A DNA stretch of 64,000 bases from Escherichia coli (GTDB lineage: Bacteria; Pseudomonadota; Gammaproteobacteria; Enterobacterales; Enterobacteriaceae), in assembly GCF_041248615.1 (NCBI RefSeq), contig NZ_CP158426.1; one strand, given 5' to 3'. The notes beneath the pieces are model-generated. The model was not told the DNA's origin, made no database searches, and worked only from the letters and a program-made list of their open reading frames with translations. The translations under genes were made by a program, and so were the position numbers. Numbering within the stretch: the stretch's first letter is position 1; every line of letters begins with the position of its first letter. Positions 48,944-59,637 of the stretch are shown in pieces.

Positions 48944-50275
48944 TTATGAACGGCCTTTTGCCAGATATTGCTCCATCTCTTCTTCCGGCACCATTCCACC
49001 TCCCGTCGCCCACACCAGATGAGTGGCATTACGCAGTTGTTCTGCGCTGAAACCGTGCATCTGTTGGTAACTTACTGATGCGCACACGCGCTGAGGCCCG
49101 GCCATACCCGCCAGTGCCGAAGGTTCAAGACGAATACCTTCTTCCTGCGCCAGCCAGCCAAGCATGTCATACATGGTTTGATCGCTAAGGGTATAGAAGC
49201 CATCCAGTAGACGCTCCATTGCCCGCCCGACAAAGCCTGATGCGCGACCAACTGCAAGGCCATCCGCTGCGGTAAGGTTGTCGATACCAATATCCTGAAC
49301 AGAAATCTGATCGTGTAATCCTGTATGGACGCCTAGCAGCATACAAGGGGAGTGCGTTGGTTCGGCAAAAAAGCAGTGAACATGATCGCCAAATGCCAGT
49401 TTAAGCCCGAATGCGACGCCACCAGGACCACCGCCAACACCACACGGCAGATAGACAAACAGTGGGTTATCAGCATCGACAATACGACCTTGCTCGGCAA
49501 ATTGCGCTTTAAGACGCTGGCCTGCGACGGAATACCCAAGGAACAACGTGCGGGAATTCTCGTCATCAATAAAGAAACAGTTCGGGTCAGACTGCGCTAC
49601 TTTACGTCCTTCCTCGACGGCAACACCATAATCTTGCTCATATTCCACGACCGTAACGCCATGGCTGCGCAGTTTCGCTTTTTTCCATGCCCGGGCATCA
49701 GCAGACATATGTACTGTCACCTTAAAGCCAATGCGGGCGCTCATAATGCCGATTGATAACCCCAGATTTCCGGTTGAGCCCACAGCAATGCTGTATTGAC
49801 TAAAGAACTGTTTAAACTCCGGAGAAAGCAGTTTGCTGTAGTCATCTTCAATCGTCAGCAACCCCGCTTCCAGAGCCAGTTTTTCTGCATGTGCCAGGAC
49901 TTCATAAATCCCGCCGCGTGCTTTTATGGAGCCGGAAATGGGCAAATGGCTATCTTTTTTCAGTAGCAGTTGCCCGCTGATCGGTTGTTGATATTCCTTT
50001 TCCAGCCGTTTTTGCATAGCCGGAATGGCAACCAGTTCTGATTCAATAATCCCCCCAGTAGCAGCAGTTTCAGGAAATGCTTTTGCCAGATAGGGTGCAA
50101 AACGGGATAAGCGCGCATGGGCGTCCTGAACATCCTGTTCGGTCAGGCCAACATAAGGTAAACCTTCAGCCAATGAGGTCGTGCCAGGATTAAACCAGGT
50201 GGTTTCTTTAAGAGCAACCAGATCCTTTACCAACGGATACTGGGCGATGAGCGAGTTCATTTTAGCGTTTTCCAT
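48944..50275 (-). CDS. dsdA: D-serine ammonia-lyase (dehydratase)
   Basis: 443-aa PLP enzyme, [20 protein letters not shown]..., recognised as DsdA. Confidence 0.95.
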   Translation of the reverse strand: MENAKMNSLIAQYPLVKDLVALKETTWFNPGTTSLAEGLPYVGLTEQDVQDAHARLSRFAPYLAKAFPETAATGGIIESELVAIPAMQKRLEKEYQQPISGQLLLKKDSHLPISGSIKARGGIYEVLAHAEKLALEAGLLTIEDDYSKLLSPEFKQFFSQYSIAVGSTGNLGLSIGIMSARIGFKVTVHMSADARAWKKAKLRSHGVTVVEYEQDYGVAVEEGRKVAQSDPNCFFIDDENSRTLFLGYSVAGQRLKAQFAEQGRIVDADNPLFVYLPCGVGGGPGGVAFGLKLAFGDHVHCFFAEPTHSPCMLLGVHTGLHDQISVQDIGIDNLTAADGLAVGRASGFVGRAMERLLDGFYTLSDQTMYDMLGWLAQEEGIRLEPSALAGMAGPQRVCASVSYQQMHGFSAEQLRNATHLVWATGGGMVPEEEMEQYLAKGRS

Positions 50276-50292
50276 AGTACGTCTCTTTGCGC

Positions 50293-50511
50293 TTAGATGA
50301 TAAATGACAGCAGGAATGTGCCCGCCAGAGCGACGACTGAAGCGATAAATGTCGCGGTCGTATAGTATTTAAATGTTTCATTGAGCGTAGCGTCGCAATA
50401 TTGCTTCACCAGCCAGAAAAGCGAGTCCGTAACGATCGTGCAGCCAATCGCACCTGAACCGATAGCAATCGCAATAATTTCCGGGCTGATGTCGGGATAC
50501 AGCGGCAGCAC
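50293..50511 (-). pseudogene. dsdX: dsdX 3' remnant (last ~70 codons of the D-serine permease gene)
   Basis: Frame ...[71 protein letters not shown] is a GntP-family C-terminus; the upstream frame hits a stop within 15 nt, so the 5' ~85% of the gene is absent. Confidence 0.8.
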
Positions 50512-50753
50512 AATGATCCATATTTATATTTTCTTCTCCAGATTGGCGATGCCAGTTGGCATGTTTTACCTACTTGCCTACATGGTTACTCGTTGGCGAG
50601 AACAGAGGCGGAATTGGGTACAATTGTCCGGGAATTATTGTTATTTTTTATTGTATTGCCGTGTCGGGTGATAGGGCGTCGAGAATATCGTTGGATCTCG
50701 CCAGTGACGTCTGTTTCTGCTACAGTGCCCGTTTTACGGCAAACGGCTTGGGT

Positions 50754-51749
50754 ATGGCTTCATTAAAGGATGTCGCACGCCTGGCGGGAGTGTCGATGAT
50801 GACAGTCTCCCGGGTGATGCATAATGCAGAATCTGTGCGTCCTGCAACGCGTGATCGCGTATTGCAGGCAATCCAGACCCTGAATTATGTTCCTGATCTT
50901 TCCGCCCGTAAGATGCGCGCTCAAGGACGTAAGCCGTCGACTCTCGCCGTGCTGGCGCAGGACACGGCCACCACTCCTTTCTCTGTTGATATTCTGCTTG
51001 CCATTGAGCAAACCGCCAGCGAGTTCGGCTGGAATAGTTTTTTAATCAATATTTTTTCTGAAGATGACGCTGCCCGCGCGGCACGTCAGCTGCTTGCCCA
51101 CCGTCCGGATGGCATTATCTATACAACAATGGGGCTGCGACATATCACGCTGCCTGAGTCTCTGTATGGTGAAAATATTGTATTGGCGAACTGTGTGGCG
51201 GATGACCCAGCGTTACCCAGTTATATCCCTGATGATTACACTGCACAATATGAATCAACACAGCATTTGCTCGCGGCGGGCTATCGTCAACCGTTATGCT
51301 TCTGGCTACCGGAAAGTGCGTTGGCAACAGGGTATCGTCGGCAGGGATTTGAGCAGGCCTGGCGTGATGCTGGACGAGATCTGGCTGAGGTGAAACAATT
51401 TCACATGGCAACAGGTGATGATCACTACACCGATCTCGCAAGTTTACTCAATGACCACTTCAAATCTGGCAAACCAGATTTTGATGTTCTGATATGTGGT
51501 AACGATCGCGCAGCCTTTGTCGCTTATCAGGTTCTCCTGGCGAAGGGGGTACGTATCCCGCAGGATGTCGCCGTAATGGGCTTTGATAATCTGGTTGGCG
51601 TCGGGCATCTGTTTTTACCGCCGCTGACCACAATTCAGCTTCCACATGACATTATCGGGCGGGAAGCTGCATTGCATATTATTGAAGGTCGTGAAGGGGG
51701 AAGAGTGACGCGGATCCCTTGCCCGCTGTTGATCCGTTGTTCCACCTGA
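50754..51749 (+). CDS. cscR: Sucrose operon repressor (LacI family)
   Basis: 331 aa from MASLKDVARLAGVSMMTVSRVMHN (LacI-type HTH); track start 50556 is a TTG over-extension. Confidence 0.9.
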   Translation: MASLKDVARLAGVSMMTVSRVMHNAESVRPATRDRVLQAIQTLNYVPDLSARKMRAQGRKPSTLAVLAQDTATTPFSVDILLAIEQTASEFGWNSFLINIFSEDDAARAARQLLAHRPDGIIYTTMGLRHITLPESLYGENIVLANCVADDPALPSYIPDDYTAQYESTQHLLAAGYRQPLCFWLPESALATGYRRQGFEQAWRDAGRDLAEVKQFHMATGDDHYTDLASLLNDHFKSGKPDFDVLICGNDRAAFVAYQVLLAKGVRIPQDVAVMGFDNLVGVGHLFLPPLTTIQLPHDIIGREAALHIIEGREGGRVTRIPCPLLIRCST

Positions 51750-51756
51750 TATTATG

Positions 51757-53190
51757 TTAACCCAGTTGCCAGAGTGCTCCATGTTGCAGCACAGCCACTC
51801 CGTGGGAGGCATAGAGCGACAGTTCCCGTTCTTCTGGCTGCGGATATATTCGGCTACTCATCACCGCCTCCCCGTCGTTAATAAATACTTCCACGGATGA
51901 TGTATCGATAAATATCCTTAGGGCGAGCATGTCACCCTGCGGGAGGGGAATACTACGGTAGCCATCTAAATTCTCGTGTGGGTAATACCGCCACAAAACA
52001 AGTCGCTCAGATTGGTTATCAATATACAGCCGCATTCCAGTGCCGAGCTGTAATCCGTAATGTTCGGCATCACTGTTCTTCAGCGCCCACTGCAACTGAA
52101 TCTCAACTGCTTGCGCGTTTTCCTGCAAAACATATTTATTGCTGATTGTGCGGGGAGAGATAGATTGATGCTGCTGGCGTAACGACTCAGCTTCGTGTAC
52201 CGGGCGTTGTAGAAGTTTGCCATTGCTCTCTGATAGCTCGCGCGCCAGCGTCATGCAGCCTGCCCAGCCTTCACGTTTTGAGGGCATTGGCGATTCCCAC
52301 ATATCCATCCAGCCGATAACAATACGCCGACCATCCTTCGCTAAAAAGCTTTGTGGTGCATAAAAGTCATGCCCGTTATCAAGTTCAGTAAAATACCCGG
52401 ATTGTGCAAAAAGTCGTCCTGGCGACCACATTCCGGGTATTACGCCACTTTGAAAGCGATTTCGGTAACTGTATCCCTCGGCATTCATTCCCTGCGGGGA
52501 AAACATCAGATAATGCTGATCGCCAAGGCTGAAAAAGTCCGGACATTCCCACATATAGCTTTCACCCGCATCAGCGTGGGCCAGTACGCGATCGAAGGTC
52601 CATTCACGCAATGAACTGCCGCGATAAAGCAAGATCTGCCCCGTGTTGCCTGGATCTTTCGCCCCGACAACCATCCACCATGTGTCGGCTTCACGCCACA
52701 CTTTAGGATCGCGGAAGTGCATGATGCCTTCTGGTGGAGTGAGGATCACGCCCTGTTTCTCGAAATGAATACCATCCCGACTGGTAGCCAGACATTGTAC
52801 TTCGCGAATTGCATCGTCATTACCAGCACCATCGAGCCAGACGTGTCCGGTGTAGATAAGTGAGAGGACACCATTGTCATCGACAGCACTACCTGAAAAA
52901 CACCCGTCTTTGTCATTCTCGTCTCCTGGCGCTAGCGCAATAGGCTCATGCTGCCAGTGGATCATATCGTCGCTGGTGGCATGTCCCCAGTGCATTGGCC
53001 CCCAGTGTTCGCTCATCGGGTGATGTTGATAAAACGCGTGATAACGATCGTTAAACCAGATCAGGCCGTTTGGATCGTTCATCCACCCGGCAGGAGGCGC
53101 GAGGTGAAAATGGGGATAGAAAGTGTTACCTCGGCGCTCGTGAAGTTTTGCTAGTGCGTTTTGCGCCGCATGTAATCGAGATTGCGTCAT
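51757..53190 (-). CDS. cscA: Sucrose-6-phosphate hydrolase / invertase (GH32)
   Basis: 477 aa from MTQSRLHAAQNALAKL; GH32 motifs WMNDPNG and RDP. Confidence 0.9.
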   Translation of the reverse strand: MTQSRLHAAQNALAKLHERRGNTFYPHFHLAPPAGWMNDPNGLIWFNDRYHAFYQHHPMSEHWGPMHWGHATSDDMIHWQHEPIALAPGDENDKDGCFSGSAVDDNGVLSLIYTGHVWLDGAGNDDAIREVQCLATSRDGIHFEKQGVILTPPEGIMHFRDPKVWREADTWWMVVGAKDPGNTGQILLYRGSSLREWTFDRVLAHADAGESYMWECPDFFSLGDQHYLMFSPQGMNAEGYSYRNRFQSGVIPGMWSPGRLFAQSGYFTELDNGHDFYAPQSFLAKDGRRIVIGWMDMWESPMPSKREGWAGCMTLARELSESNGKLLQRPVHEAESLRQQHQSISPRTISNKYVLQENAQAVEIQLQWALKNSDAEHYGLQLGTGMRLYIDNQSERLVLWRYYPHENLDGYRSIPLPQGDMLALRIFIDTSSVEVFINDGEAVMSSRIYPQPEERELSLYASHGVAVLQHGALWQLG

Positions 53191-53405
53191 TTTTATCATC
53201 CTGGTTAAGCAAATTTGGTGAATTGTTAACGTTAACTTTTATAAAAATAAAGTCCCTTACTTTCATAAATGCGATGAATATCACAAATGTTAACGTTAAC
53301 TATGACGTTTTGTGATCGAATATGCATGTTTTAGTAAATCCATGACGATTTTGCGAAAAAGAGGTTTATCACTATGCGTAAGTCAGATGAATTTAAGGGA
53401 AAAAA

Positions 53406-54329
53406 ATGTCAGCCAAAGTATGGGTTTTAGGGGATGCGGTCGTAGATCTCTTGCCAGAATCAGACGGGCGGCTACTGCCTTGTCCTGGCGGCGCGCCAGC
53501 TAACGTTGCGGTGGGAATCGCCAGATTAGGCGGAACAAGTGGGTTTATAGGTCGGGTCGGTGATGATCCTTTTGGTGCGTTAATGCAAAGAACGCTGCTA
53601 ACTGAGGGTGTCGATATCACGTTTCTGAAGCAAGATGAATGGCACCGGACATCCACGGTGCTTGTCGATCTGAACGATCAAGGAGAACGTTCATTTACGT
53701 TTATGGTCCGCCCCAGTGCCGATCTTTTTTTAGAGACGACAGACTTGCCCCGCTGGCGACATGGCGAATGGTTACATCTCTGTTCAATTGCGTTGTCTGC
53801 CGAGCCTTCGCGTACCAGCGCATTTACTGCGATGACGGCGATCCGGCATGCCGGAGGTTTTGTCAGCTTCGATCCCAATATTCGTGAAGATCTATGGCAA
53901 GACGAGCATTTGCTCCGCTTGTGTTTGCGGCAGGCGCTACAACTGGCGGATGTCGTCAAGCTCTCGGAAGAAGAATGGCGACTTATCAGTGGAAAAACAC
54001 AGAACGATCGGGATATATGCGCCCTGGCAAAAGAGTATGAGATCGCCATGCTGTTGGTGACTAAAGGTGCAGAAGGGGTGGTGGTCTGTTATCGAGGACA
54101 AGTTCACCATTTTGCTGGAATGTCTGTGAATTGTGTCGATAGCACTGGGGCGGGAGATGCGTTCGTTGCCGGGTTACTCACAGGTCTGTCCTCTACGGGA
54201 TTATCTACAGATGAGAGAGAAATGCGACGAATTATCGATCTCGCTCAACGTTGCGGAGCGCTTGCAGTAACAGCGAAAGGGGCAATGACAGCGCTGCCAT
54301 GTCGACAAGAACTGGAAGGTGAGAAGTAA
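53406..54329 (+). CDS. cscK: Fructokinase (pfkB/ribokinase family)
   Basis: 307 aa, MSAKVWVLGDAVVDLL...GAGDAF motifs. Confidence 0.9.
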   Translation: MSAKVWVLGDAVVDLLPESDGRLLPCPGGAPANVAVGIARLGGTSGFIGRVGDDPFGALMQRTLLTEGVDITFLKQDEWHRTSTVLVDLNDQGERSFTFMVRPSADLFLETTDLPRWRHGEWLHLCSIALSAEPSRTSAFTAMTAIRHAGGFVSFDPNIREDLWQDEHLLRLCLRQALQLADVVKLSEEEWRLISGKTQNDRDICALAKEYEIAMLLVTKGAEGVVVCYRGQVHHFAGMSVNCVDSTGAGDAFVAGLLTGLSSTGLSTDEREMRRIIDLAQRCGALAVTAKGAMTALPCRQELEGEK

Positions 54330-54390
54330 ACGGCGAGGCCGCTCTTATCTCTAAATAGGACATGAATTTTTTAACGACAGGCAGGTAATT

Positions 54391-55638
54391 ATGGCACTGA
54401 ATATTCCATTCAGAAATGCGTACTATCGTTTTGCATCCAGTTACTCATTTCTCTTTTTTATTTCCTGGTCGCTGTGGTGGTCGTTATACGCTATTTGGCT
54501 GAAAGGACATCTAGGATTAACAGGGACGGAATTAGGTACACTTTATTCGGTCAACCAGTTTACCAGCATTCTATTTATGATGTTCTACGGCATCGTTCAG
54601 GATAAACTCGGTCTGAAGAAACCGCTCATCTGGTGTATGAGTTTCATTCTGGTCTTGACCGGACCGTTTATGATTTACGTTTATGAACCGTTACTGCAAA
54701 GCAATTTTTCTGTAGGTCTAATTCTGGGGGCGCTCTTTTTTGGCCTGGGGTATCTGGCGGGATGCGGTTTGCTTGACAGCTTCACCGAAAAAATGGCGCG
54801 AAATTTTCATTTCGAATATGGAACAGCGCGCGCCTGGGGATCTTTTGGCTATGCTATTGGCGCGTTCTTTGCCGGTATATTTTTTAGTATCAGTCCCCAT
54901 ATCAACTTCTGGTTGGTCTCGCTATTTGGCGCTGTATTTATGATGATCAACATGCGTTTTAAAGATAAGGATCACCAGTGCATAGCGGCGGATGCGGGAG
55001 GGGTAAAAAAAGAGGATTTTATCGCAGTTTTCAAGGATCGAAACTTCTGGGTTTTCGTCATATTTATTGTGGGGACGTGGTCTTTCTATAACATTTTTGA
55101 TCAACAACTCTTTCCTGTCTTTTATGCAGGTTTATTCGAATCACACGATGTAGGAACGCGCCTGTATGGTTATCTCAACTCATTCCAGGTGGTACTCGAA
55201 GCGCTGTGCATGGCGATTATTCCTTTCTTTGTGAATCGGGTAGGGCCAAAAAATGCATTACTTATCGGTGTTGTGATTATGGCGTTGCGTATCCTTTCTT
55301 GCGCGCTGTTCGTTAACCCCTGGATTATTTCATTAGTGAAGCTGTTACATGCCATTGAGGTTCCACTTTGTGTCATATCCGTCTTCAAATACAGCGTGGC
55401 AAACTTTGATAAGCGCCTGTCGTCGACGATCTTTCTGATTGGTTTTCAAATTGCCAGTTCGCTTGGGATTGTGCTGCTTTCAACGCCGACTGGGATACTC
55501 TTTGACCACGCAGGCTACCAGACAGTTTTCTTCGCAATTTCGGGTATTGTCTGCCTGATGTTGCTATTTGGCATTTTCTTCCTGAGTAAAAAACGCGAGC
55601 AAATAGTTATGGAAACGCCTGTACCTTCAGCAATATAG
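54391..55638 (+). CDS. cscB: Sucrose:H+ symporter (MFS oligosaccharide:H+ symporter family)
   Basis: 415-aa 12-TM MFS protein, LacY-like. Confidence 0.9.
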   Translation: MALNIPFRNAYYRFASSYSFLFFISWSLWWSLYAIWLKGHLGLTGTELGTLYSVNQFTSILFMMFYGIVQDKLGLKKPLIWCMSFILVLTGPFMIYVYEPLLQSNFSVGLILGALFFGLGYLAGCGLLDSFTEKMARNFHFEYGTARAWGSFGYAIGAFFAGIFFSISPHINFWLVSLFGAVFMMINMRFKDKDHQCIAADAGGVKKEDFIAVFKDRNFWVFVIFIVGTWSFYNIFDQQLFPVFYAGLFESHDVGTRLYGYLNSFQVVLEALCMAIIPFFVNRVGPKNALLIGVVIMALRILSCALFVNPWIISLVKLLHAIEVPLCVISVFKYSVANFDKRLSSTIFLIGFQIASSLGIVLLSTPTGILFDHAGYQTVFFAISGIVCLMLLFGIFFLSKKREQIVMETPVPSAI

Positions 55639-56079
55639 ACGTAAACTTTTTCCGGTTGTTGTCGATATCTCCATATCCCTCAACCGGAAAATAATAATAC
55701 AAAAATGCTTAGCCCAACTAATAATCACCTAATCCAAACGCCTCATTCATGTTCTGGTACAGTCGCTCAAATGTACTCCGGATACGCGGTTCGCTGATTT
55801 CCAGGACATTGTCGTCATTCAGCGACCTGTCCCGAGTATCACGGGCCTGCGAATTCATCAAGGAATGCATTGCAGAGTGAAGTATCGAGTCACGCCATAT
55901 TTCGCTATCAGGATTCTGTATGATGGTTACATCGCCCAGCCCAGGGCTGTTTAGTCATCAGCGCTTTCTGACAGTGCTGAGATTTCAACCTGTTGCAGTA
56001 AAAATGAGTAGATATAGGGCAAGTGTGCTGCCAAACCCATCTTTTACGGGGTGAAGGTAGATTTGGTTTGAAGGGTATC

Positions 56080-56154
56080 TGGTGTCCCCTGCAGGAATCG
56101 AACCTGCAATTAGCCCTTAGGAGGGGCTCGTTATATCCATTTAACTAAGAGGAC
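56080..56154 (-). tRNA. argW: tRNA-Arg (anticodon CCU)
   Basis: Reverse complement reads GTCCTCTTAGTTAAATGGATATAACGAGCCCCTCCTAAGGGCTAATTGCAGGTTCGATTCCTGCAGGGGACACCA. Confidence 0.9.
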
Positions 56155-56229
56155 AATGCGGCATGAGTATACCCGCTAATGGACTGCGGGGTAAGTACGC
56201 TGCCGCTCGATTGCTTAAACCCTCGCCAT

Positions 56230-57162
56230 TTATGCCGGGTTTTTATCATTTTTCTTAATGTTTTCCGCACGTTCTGCTTTTTGGCGTGCTTCTGCTTTGC
56301 GCTTGTTGCTCATGTCGTTGCGGATCTGTGCATGACTCATTAACGCGAAGATAAAGGTGCCGCCGCAGATGTTCCCCGCTAAAGTAGGTAGTGCGAAGGG
56401 CCAGATGAAATCGCTCCAGTGCAGCGTACCGTTAAACACCAGATAGAGGATTTCAACAGAACCGACAACGATGTGAGTGGTGTCACCCAGGGCAATAAGC
56501 CAGGTCATCAATATAATCACCACAATCTTTGCCGCACCCGCTGCAGGAAACATCCAAACCATAGTGGCGATCAGCCAGCCGGAAATGATCGCGTTGGCAA
56601 ACATCTCGCTGGGGGTGTTCTTCATCACATCCATGCCGATTTTGACAAATGCATCGCGAGTTTCTTCATTGAAGATTGGCATATATTCAAATGCCCACGC
56701 CGCAATACCTGTCCCGAGAATATTACCCAGCAGCACGACGCCCCATAACCGCATAAGTAAGCCAACGTTGCTCATTGTCGGTTTTTGCATGACGGGTAGT
56801 ACCGCAGTCACGGTGTTTTCGGTAAATAATTGCTGGCGGGCCATAATGACGATAATAAAACCAAAGGTATAACCGAGATTCTCAAGCAAGAAGCTGCCCG
56901 GCACGCCTTCCAGTTCGACATGAAATATCCCTTTTGCCAGTAATGACGCGCCCATCGACAGACCCGCCGCAATGGCTGACCACAGTAGTGCCATTGCGTC
57001 GCGTTCCAGCTCTTTTTCACCATCCTGGCGGATATGCTCATGAATTGCCATCGCCCGGGAGGGGAGTCGGTCTTCATCTATTTCTATTTTTTTGCCGCGC
57101 TCTTTTTCTTCGCTCTCAACTTCAATTTCGTCGCTGTGTTGATCAATTTTGTCGTTGTCCAT
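56230..57162 (-). CDS. yfdC: Formate/nitrite transporter family inner membrane protein
   Basis: 310-aa ORF with charged N-terminal extension and FNT-like TM core. Confidence 0.85.
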   Translation of the reverse strand: MDNDKIDQHSDEIEVESEEKERGKKIEIDEDRLPSRAMAIHEHIRQDGEKELERDAMALLWSAIAAGLSMGASLLAKGIFHVELEGVPGSFLLENLGYTFGFIIVIMARQQLFTENTVTAVLPVMQKPTMSNVGLLMRLWGVVLLGNILGTGIAAWAFEYMPIFNEETRDAFVKIGMDVMKNTPSEMFANAIISGWLIATMVWMFPAAGAAKIVVIILMTWLIALGDTTHIVVGSVEILYLVFNGTLHWSDFIWPFALPTLAGNICGGTFIFALMSHAQIRNDMSNKRKAEARQKAERAENIKKNDKNPA

Positions 57163-57455
57163 GGTCTCTTCTCTTGAATTAGCACGTATAGCTAAAGCGT
57201 AGCGGCTTTTTTGCTCGCAACTGGCGGGAGTTACTCTGAAAATGTAGAAAAGGCCGCGTTTGCCTTTTTCTGTTTCTATAGAATCAAGTAGCCTACAGGG
57301 CGGCGATTACCAGGCTATGATCAAATCAGCAAATCAGGGCGTCTGGACATCAGTTGACGTGCTGTTACAATCGCCCACACCTAAACAGGCGGATACGGTA
57401 TCGTTCCGTCATGGATGGCAAACTGCATAAGCCATAAAAAAACAGGGAGACATTT

Positions 57456-58211
57456 ATGAAGCTTCGCCTGTCGGCGCTTGCTCTGGGAACTACGCTTCTG
57501 GTGGGGTGTGCGAGTTCCGGTACAGATCAGCAAGGGCGTTCTGACCCGTTAGAAGGGTTCAACCGCACCATGTACAACTTCAACTTCAATGTATTAGACC
57601 CGTATATTGTTCGACCGGTCGCTGTCGCCTGGCGTGATTATGTTCCGCAACCGGCGCGTAACGGTTTGAGCAACTTTACTGGCAACCTTGAAGAACCTGC
57701 GGTGATGGTTAACTACTTCTTGCAGGGCGACCCTTATCAGGGGATGGTCCACTTTACCCGCTTTTTCCTGAACACCATTTTGGGGATGGGCGGCTTTATT
57801 GATGTTGCAGGGATGGCGAACCCGAAACTGCAACGGACTGAACCTCACCGCTTCGGTAGTACGCTTGGTCATTATGGTGTGGGTTATGGGCCATACGTTC
57901 AGTTACCGTTCTACGGTAGCTTCACGCTGCGTGATGACGGTGGTGATATGGCGGATGGTCTTTACCCGGTTCTTTCCTGGCTGACCTGGCCGATGTCTGT
58001 GGGTAAATGGACGCTTGAAGGGATAGAAACTCGTGCGCAGTTGTTGGACTCCGATGGTCTGCTGCGTCAGTCGTCCGATCCTTATATTATGGTGCGCGAA
58101 GCGTACTTCCAGCGTCATGATTTCATCGCTAATGGCGGCGAACTCAAACCGCAGGAAAATCCGAACGCGCAAGCGATTCAGGATGATTTAAAAGATATCG
58201 ATTCTGAATAA
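57456..58211 (+). CDS. mlaA: Outer membrane lipoprotein MlaA (VacJ)
   Basis: 251 aa, lipobox LLVGC in MKLRLSALALGTTLLVGCASSG. Confidence 0.9.
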   Translation: MKLRLSALALGTTLLVGCASSGTDQQGRSDPLEGFNRTMYNFNFNVLDPYIVRPVAVAWRDYVPQPARNGLSNFTGNLEEPAVMVNYFLQGDPYQGMVHFTRFFLNTILGMGGFIDVAGMANPKLQRTEPHRFGSTLGHYGVGYGPYVQLPFYGSFTLRDDGGDMADGLYPVLSWLTWPMSVGKWTLEGIETRAQLLDSDGLLRQSSDPYIMVREAYFQRHDFIANGGELKPQENPNAQAIQDDLKDIDSE

Positions 58212-58220
58212 GAAATAAAT

Positions 58221-58252
58221 AAAAAAGGTGAGTCACAAAACTCACCTTTTTT
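58221..58252. terminator. Bidirectional terminator between mlaA and yfdF
   Basis: aaaaaaggtgagt-cacaaaa-ctcaccttttttg. Confidence 0.65.
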
Positions 58253-58389
58253 GTTGTTATCCCTCAATTACCCCAAGTAAAAGAAGATAAACCGACAATG
58301 ACCTGGACATAATTATGTAAAAATACTGATGTTCGTCATTGTCTGTTTCCGATATTCAGACGTTGAAAAATCAAAAAAACTGGACAATT

Positions 58390-59637
58390 TTAATTATCAT
58401 CAAAATTAACACCCAATGCAGATAGTTGATTAATTTCATTTTGATATTTAGCCTGGCGATTTTGAAGCCTTTTTTCAACTTTATCTTCGATTTCCTTAAA
58501 GTGGTCATATTTATTTTGAGAACGGTCAACTTCGTTATCGACTAAAGTAGAAATTATTTCTTTTACATTATCGCGTCTAAATTTTGCATCGTCTACTTGA
58601 AAATTATATCTTATTGCTCGACCTAAACGTTTAAAAACTTCGTTTGGCTCTCTCAGTCTTTCCCCGTTGAGCTCGTTTACAACCTGATGATCGGAACCTG
58701 TTGCAAATGATTCTGCCATGATAGCTTTACTGCTTTCAAACCACGCTGAAGCATTCCTGGCTTTTTCACTACAATATTGGGTGAGACTATCACCATTAAT
58801 ACGAATTCCTCTTTGAATGTGGTAGTCGTCCTGATCATAGTAACCGAGAGATAAGTAATCATTTCCGTTTTTATTTTTAATTACAATAGCGAGAGAATCG
58901 CCTTTTTTATCTTTACCGTACCAGGTAAATAAGTCCGTTGGTTCGCTTTTCCCATTCTCATCAAATTCCGTTATCGTATGTCTGAGTTTTTGTGATATCT
59001 TATCGAAGATAAAACCAGGATCTCCATCATATATTTCTTTTAATGCGCTGAAGATCATTTCCTTGTTATTGATATCATGAGTATTCTCTACTACATTTTC
59101 ATGGATGATGGTTTGGCCGACTTTTTTGTTTTCATCGTTCGTAGGTGATTTTATTGGTTCTTGATTATAGATACCACTAGTAATATCGGCTGTATCATTG
59201 GAGTCAATAGCACCCTCATTACCACTAACAACGATACTACCATCAGTAAAGTCAGCATTATTTATATCATTATGAGTCTTCTCAACTATGTTGTCATTAA
59301 TGATAGCACGGACGAGTTCTTTGTCTTTATAGCTCGCAAGTAATTTTATTGTTTCTTGGTTATCGATACCAATAGTAATATAGTCTGTATCATTGGAGCT
59401 AATATCAATATAAGTAACTGAGGAATTATTAATATTAAATCTATCAGGATTGTCGTTTCCTCGTATGGCGTTTTTTATAAGCGCAAGTAGATGTTTAACA
59501 CAGGTGCTTATTCCTTCCTTACCATTAAAAAGGTTTTTGAGCTCTTGTACTAATCCATTAACTTCATCATTGTTATTTTCATTGATGGATTCTGTGTAAG
59601 CTGCGCTGGTATTGTTGATTGAAATAGATGGTAGCAT
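58390..59637 (-). CDS. yfdF: AT-rich protein of unknown function with internal 65-aa tandem repeat
   Basis: Start placed at MLPSISINNTSAAYTESINENNND (track extends to 59700); N/D/K-rich, no signal peptide or TM segment; position between mlaA and fadL matches K-12 yfdF. Confidence 0.7.
   Translation of the reverse strand: MLPSISINNTSAAYTESINENNNDEVNGLVQELKNLFNGKEGISTCVKHLLALIKNAIRGNDNPDRFNINNSSVTYIDISSNDTDYITIGIDNQETIKLLASYKDKELVRAIINDNIVEKTHNDINNADFTDGSIVVSGNEGAIDSNDTADITSGIYNQEPIKSPTNDENKKVGQTIIHENVVENTHDINNKEMIFSALKEIYDGDPGFIFDKISQKLRHTITEFDENGKSEPTDLFTWYGKDKKGDSLAIVIKNKNGNDYLSLGYYDQDDYHIQRGIRINGDSLTQYCSEKARNASAWFESSKAIMAESFATGSDHQVVNELNGERLREPNEVFKRLGRAIRYNFQVDDAKFRRDNVKEIISTLVDNEVDRSQNKYDHFKEIEDKVEKRLQNRQAKYQNEINQLSALGVNFDDN

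Noticed and set aside
50556-50753. 66-codon N-terminal extension of cscR in the ORF track
   Set aside because: Begins at a TTG and crosses the island junction and promoter region; the LacI-type HTH starts at the ATG at 50754
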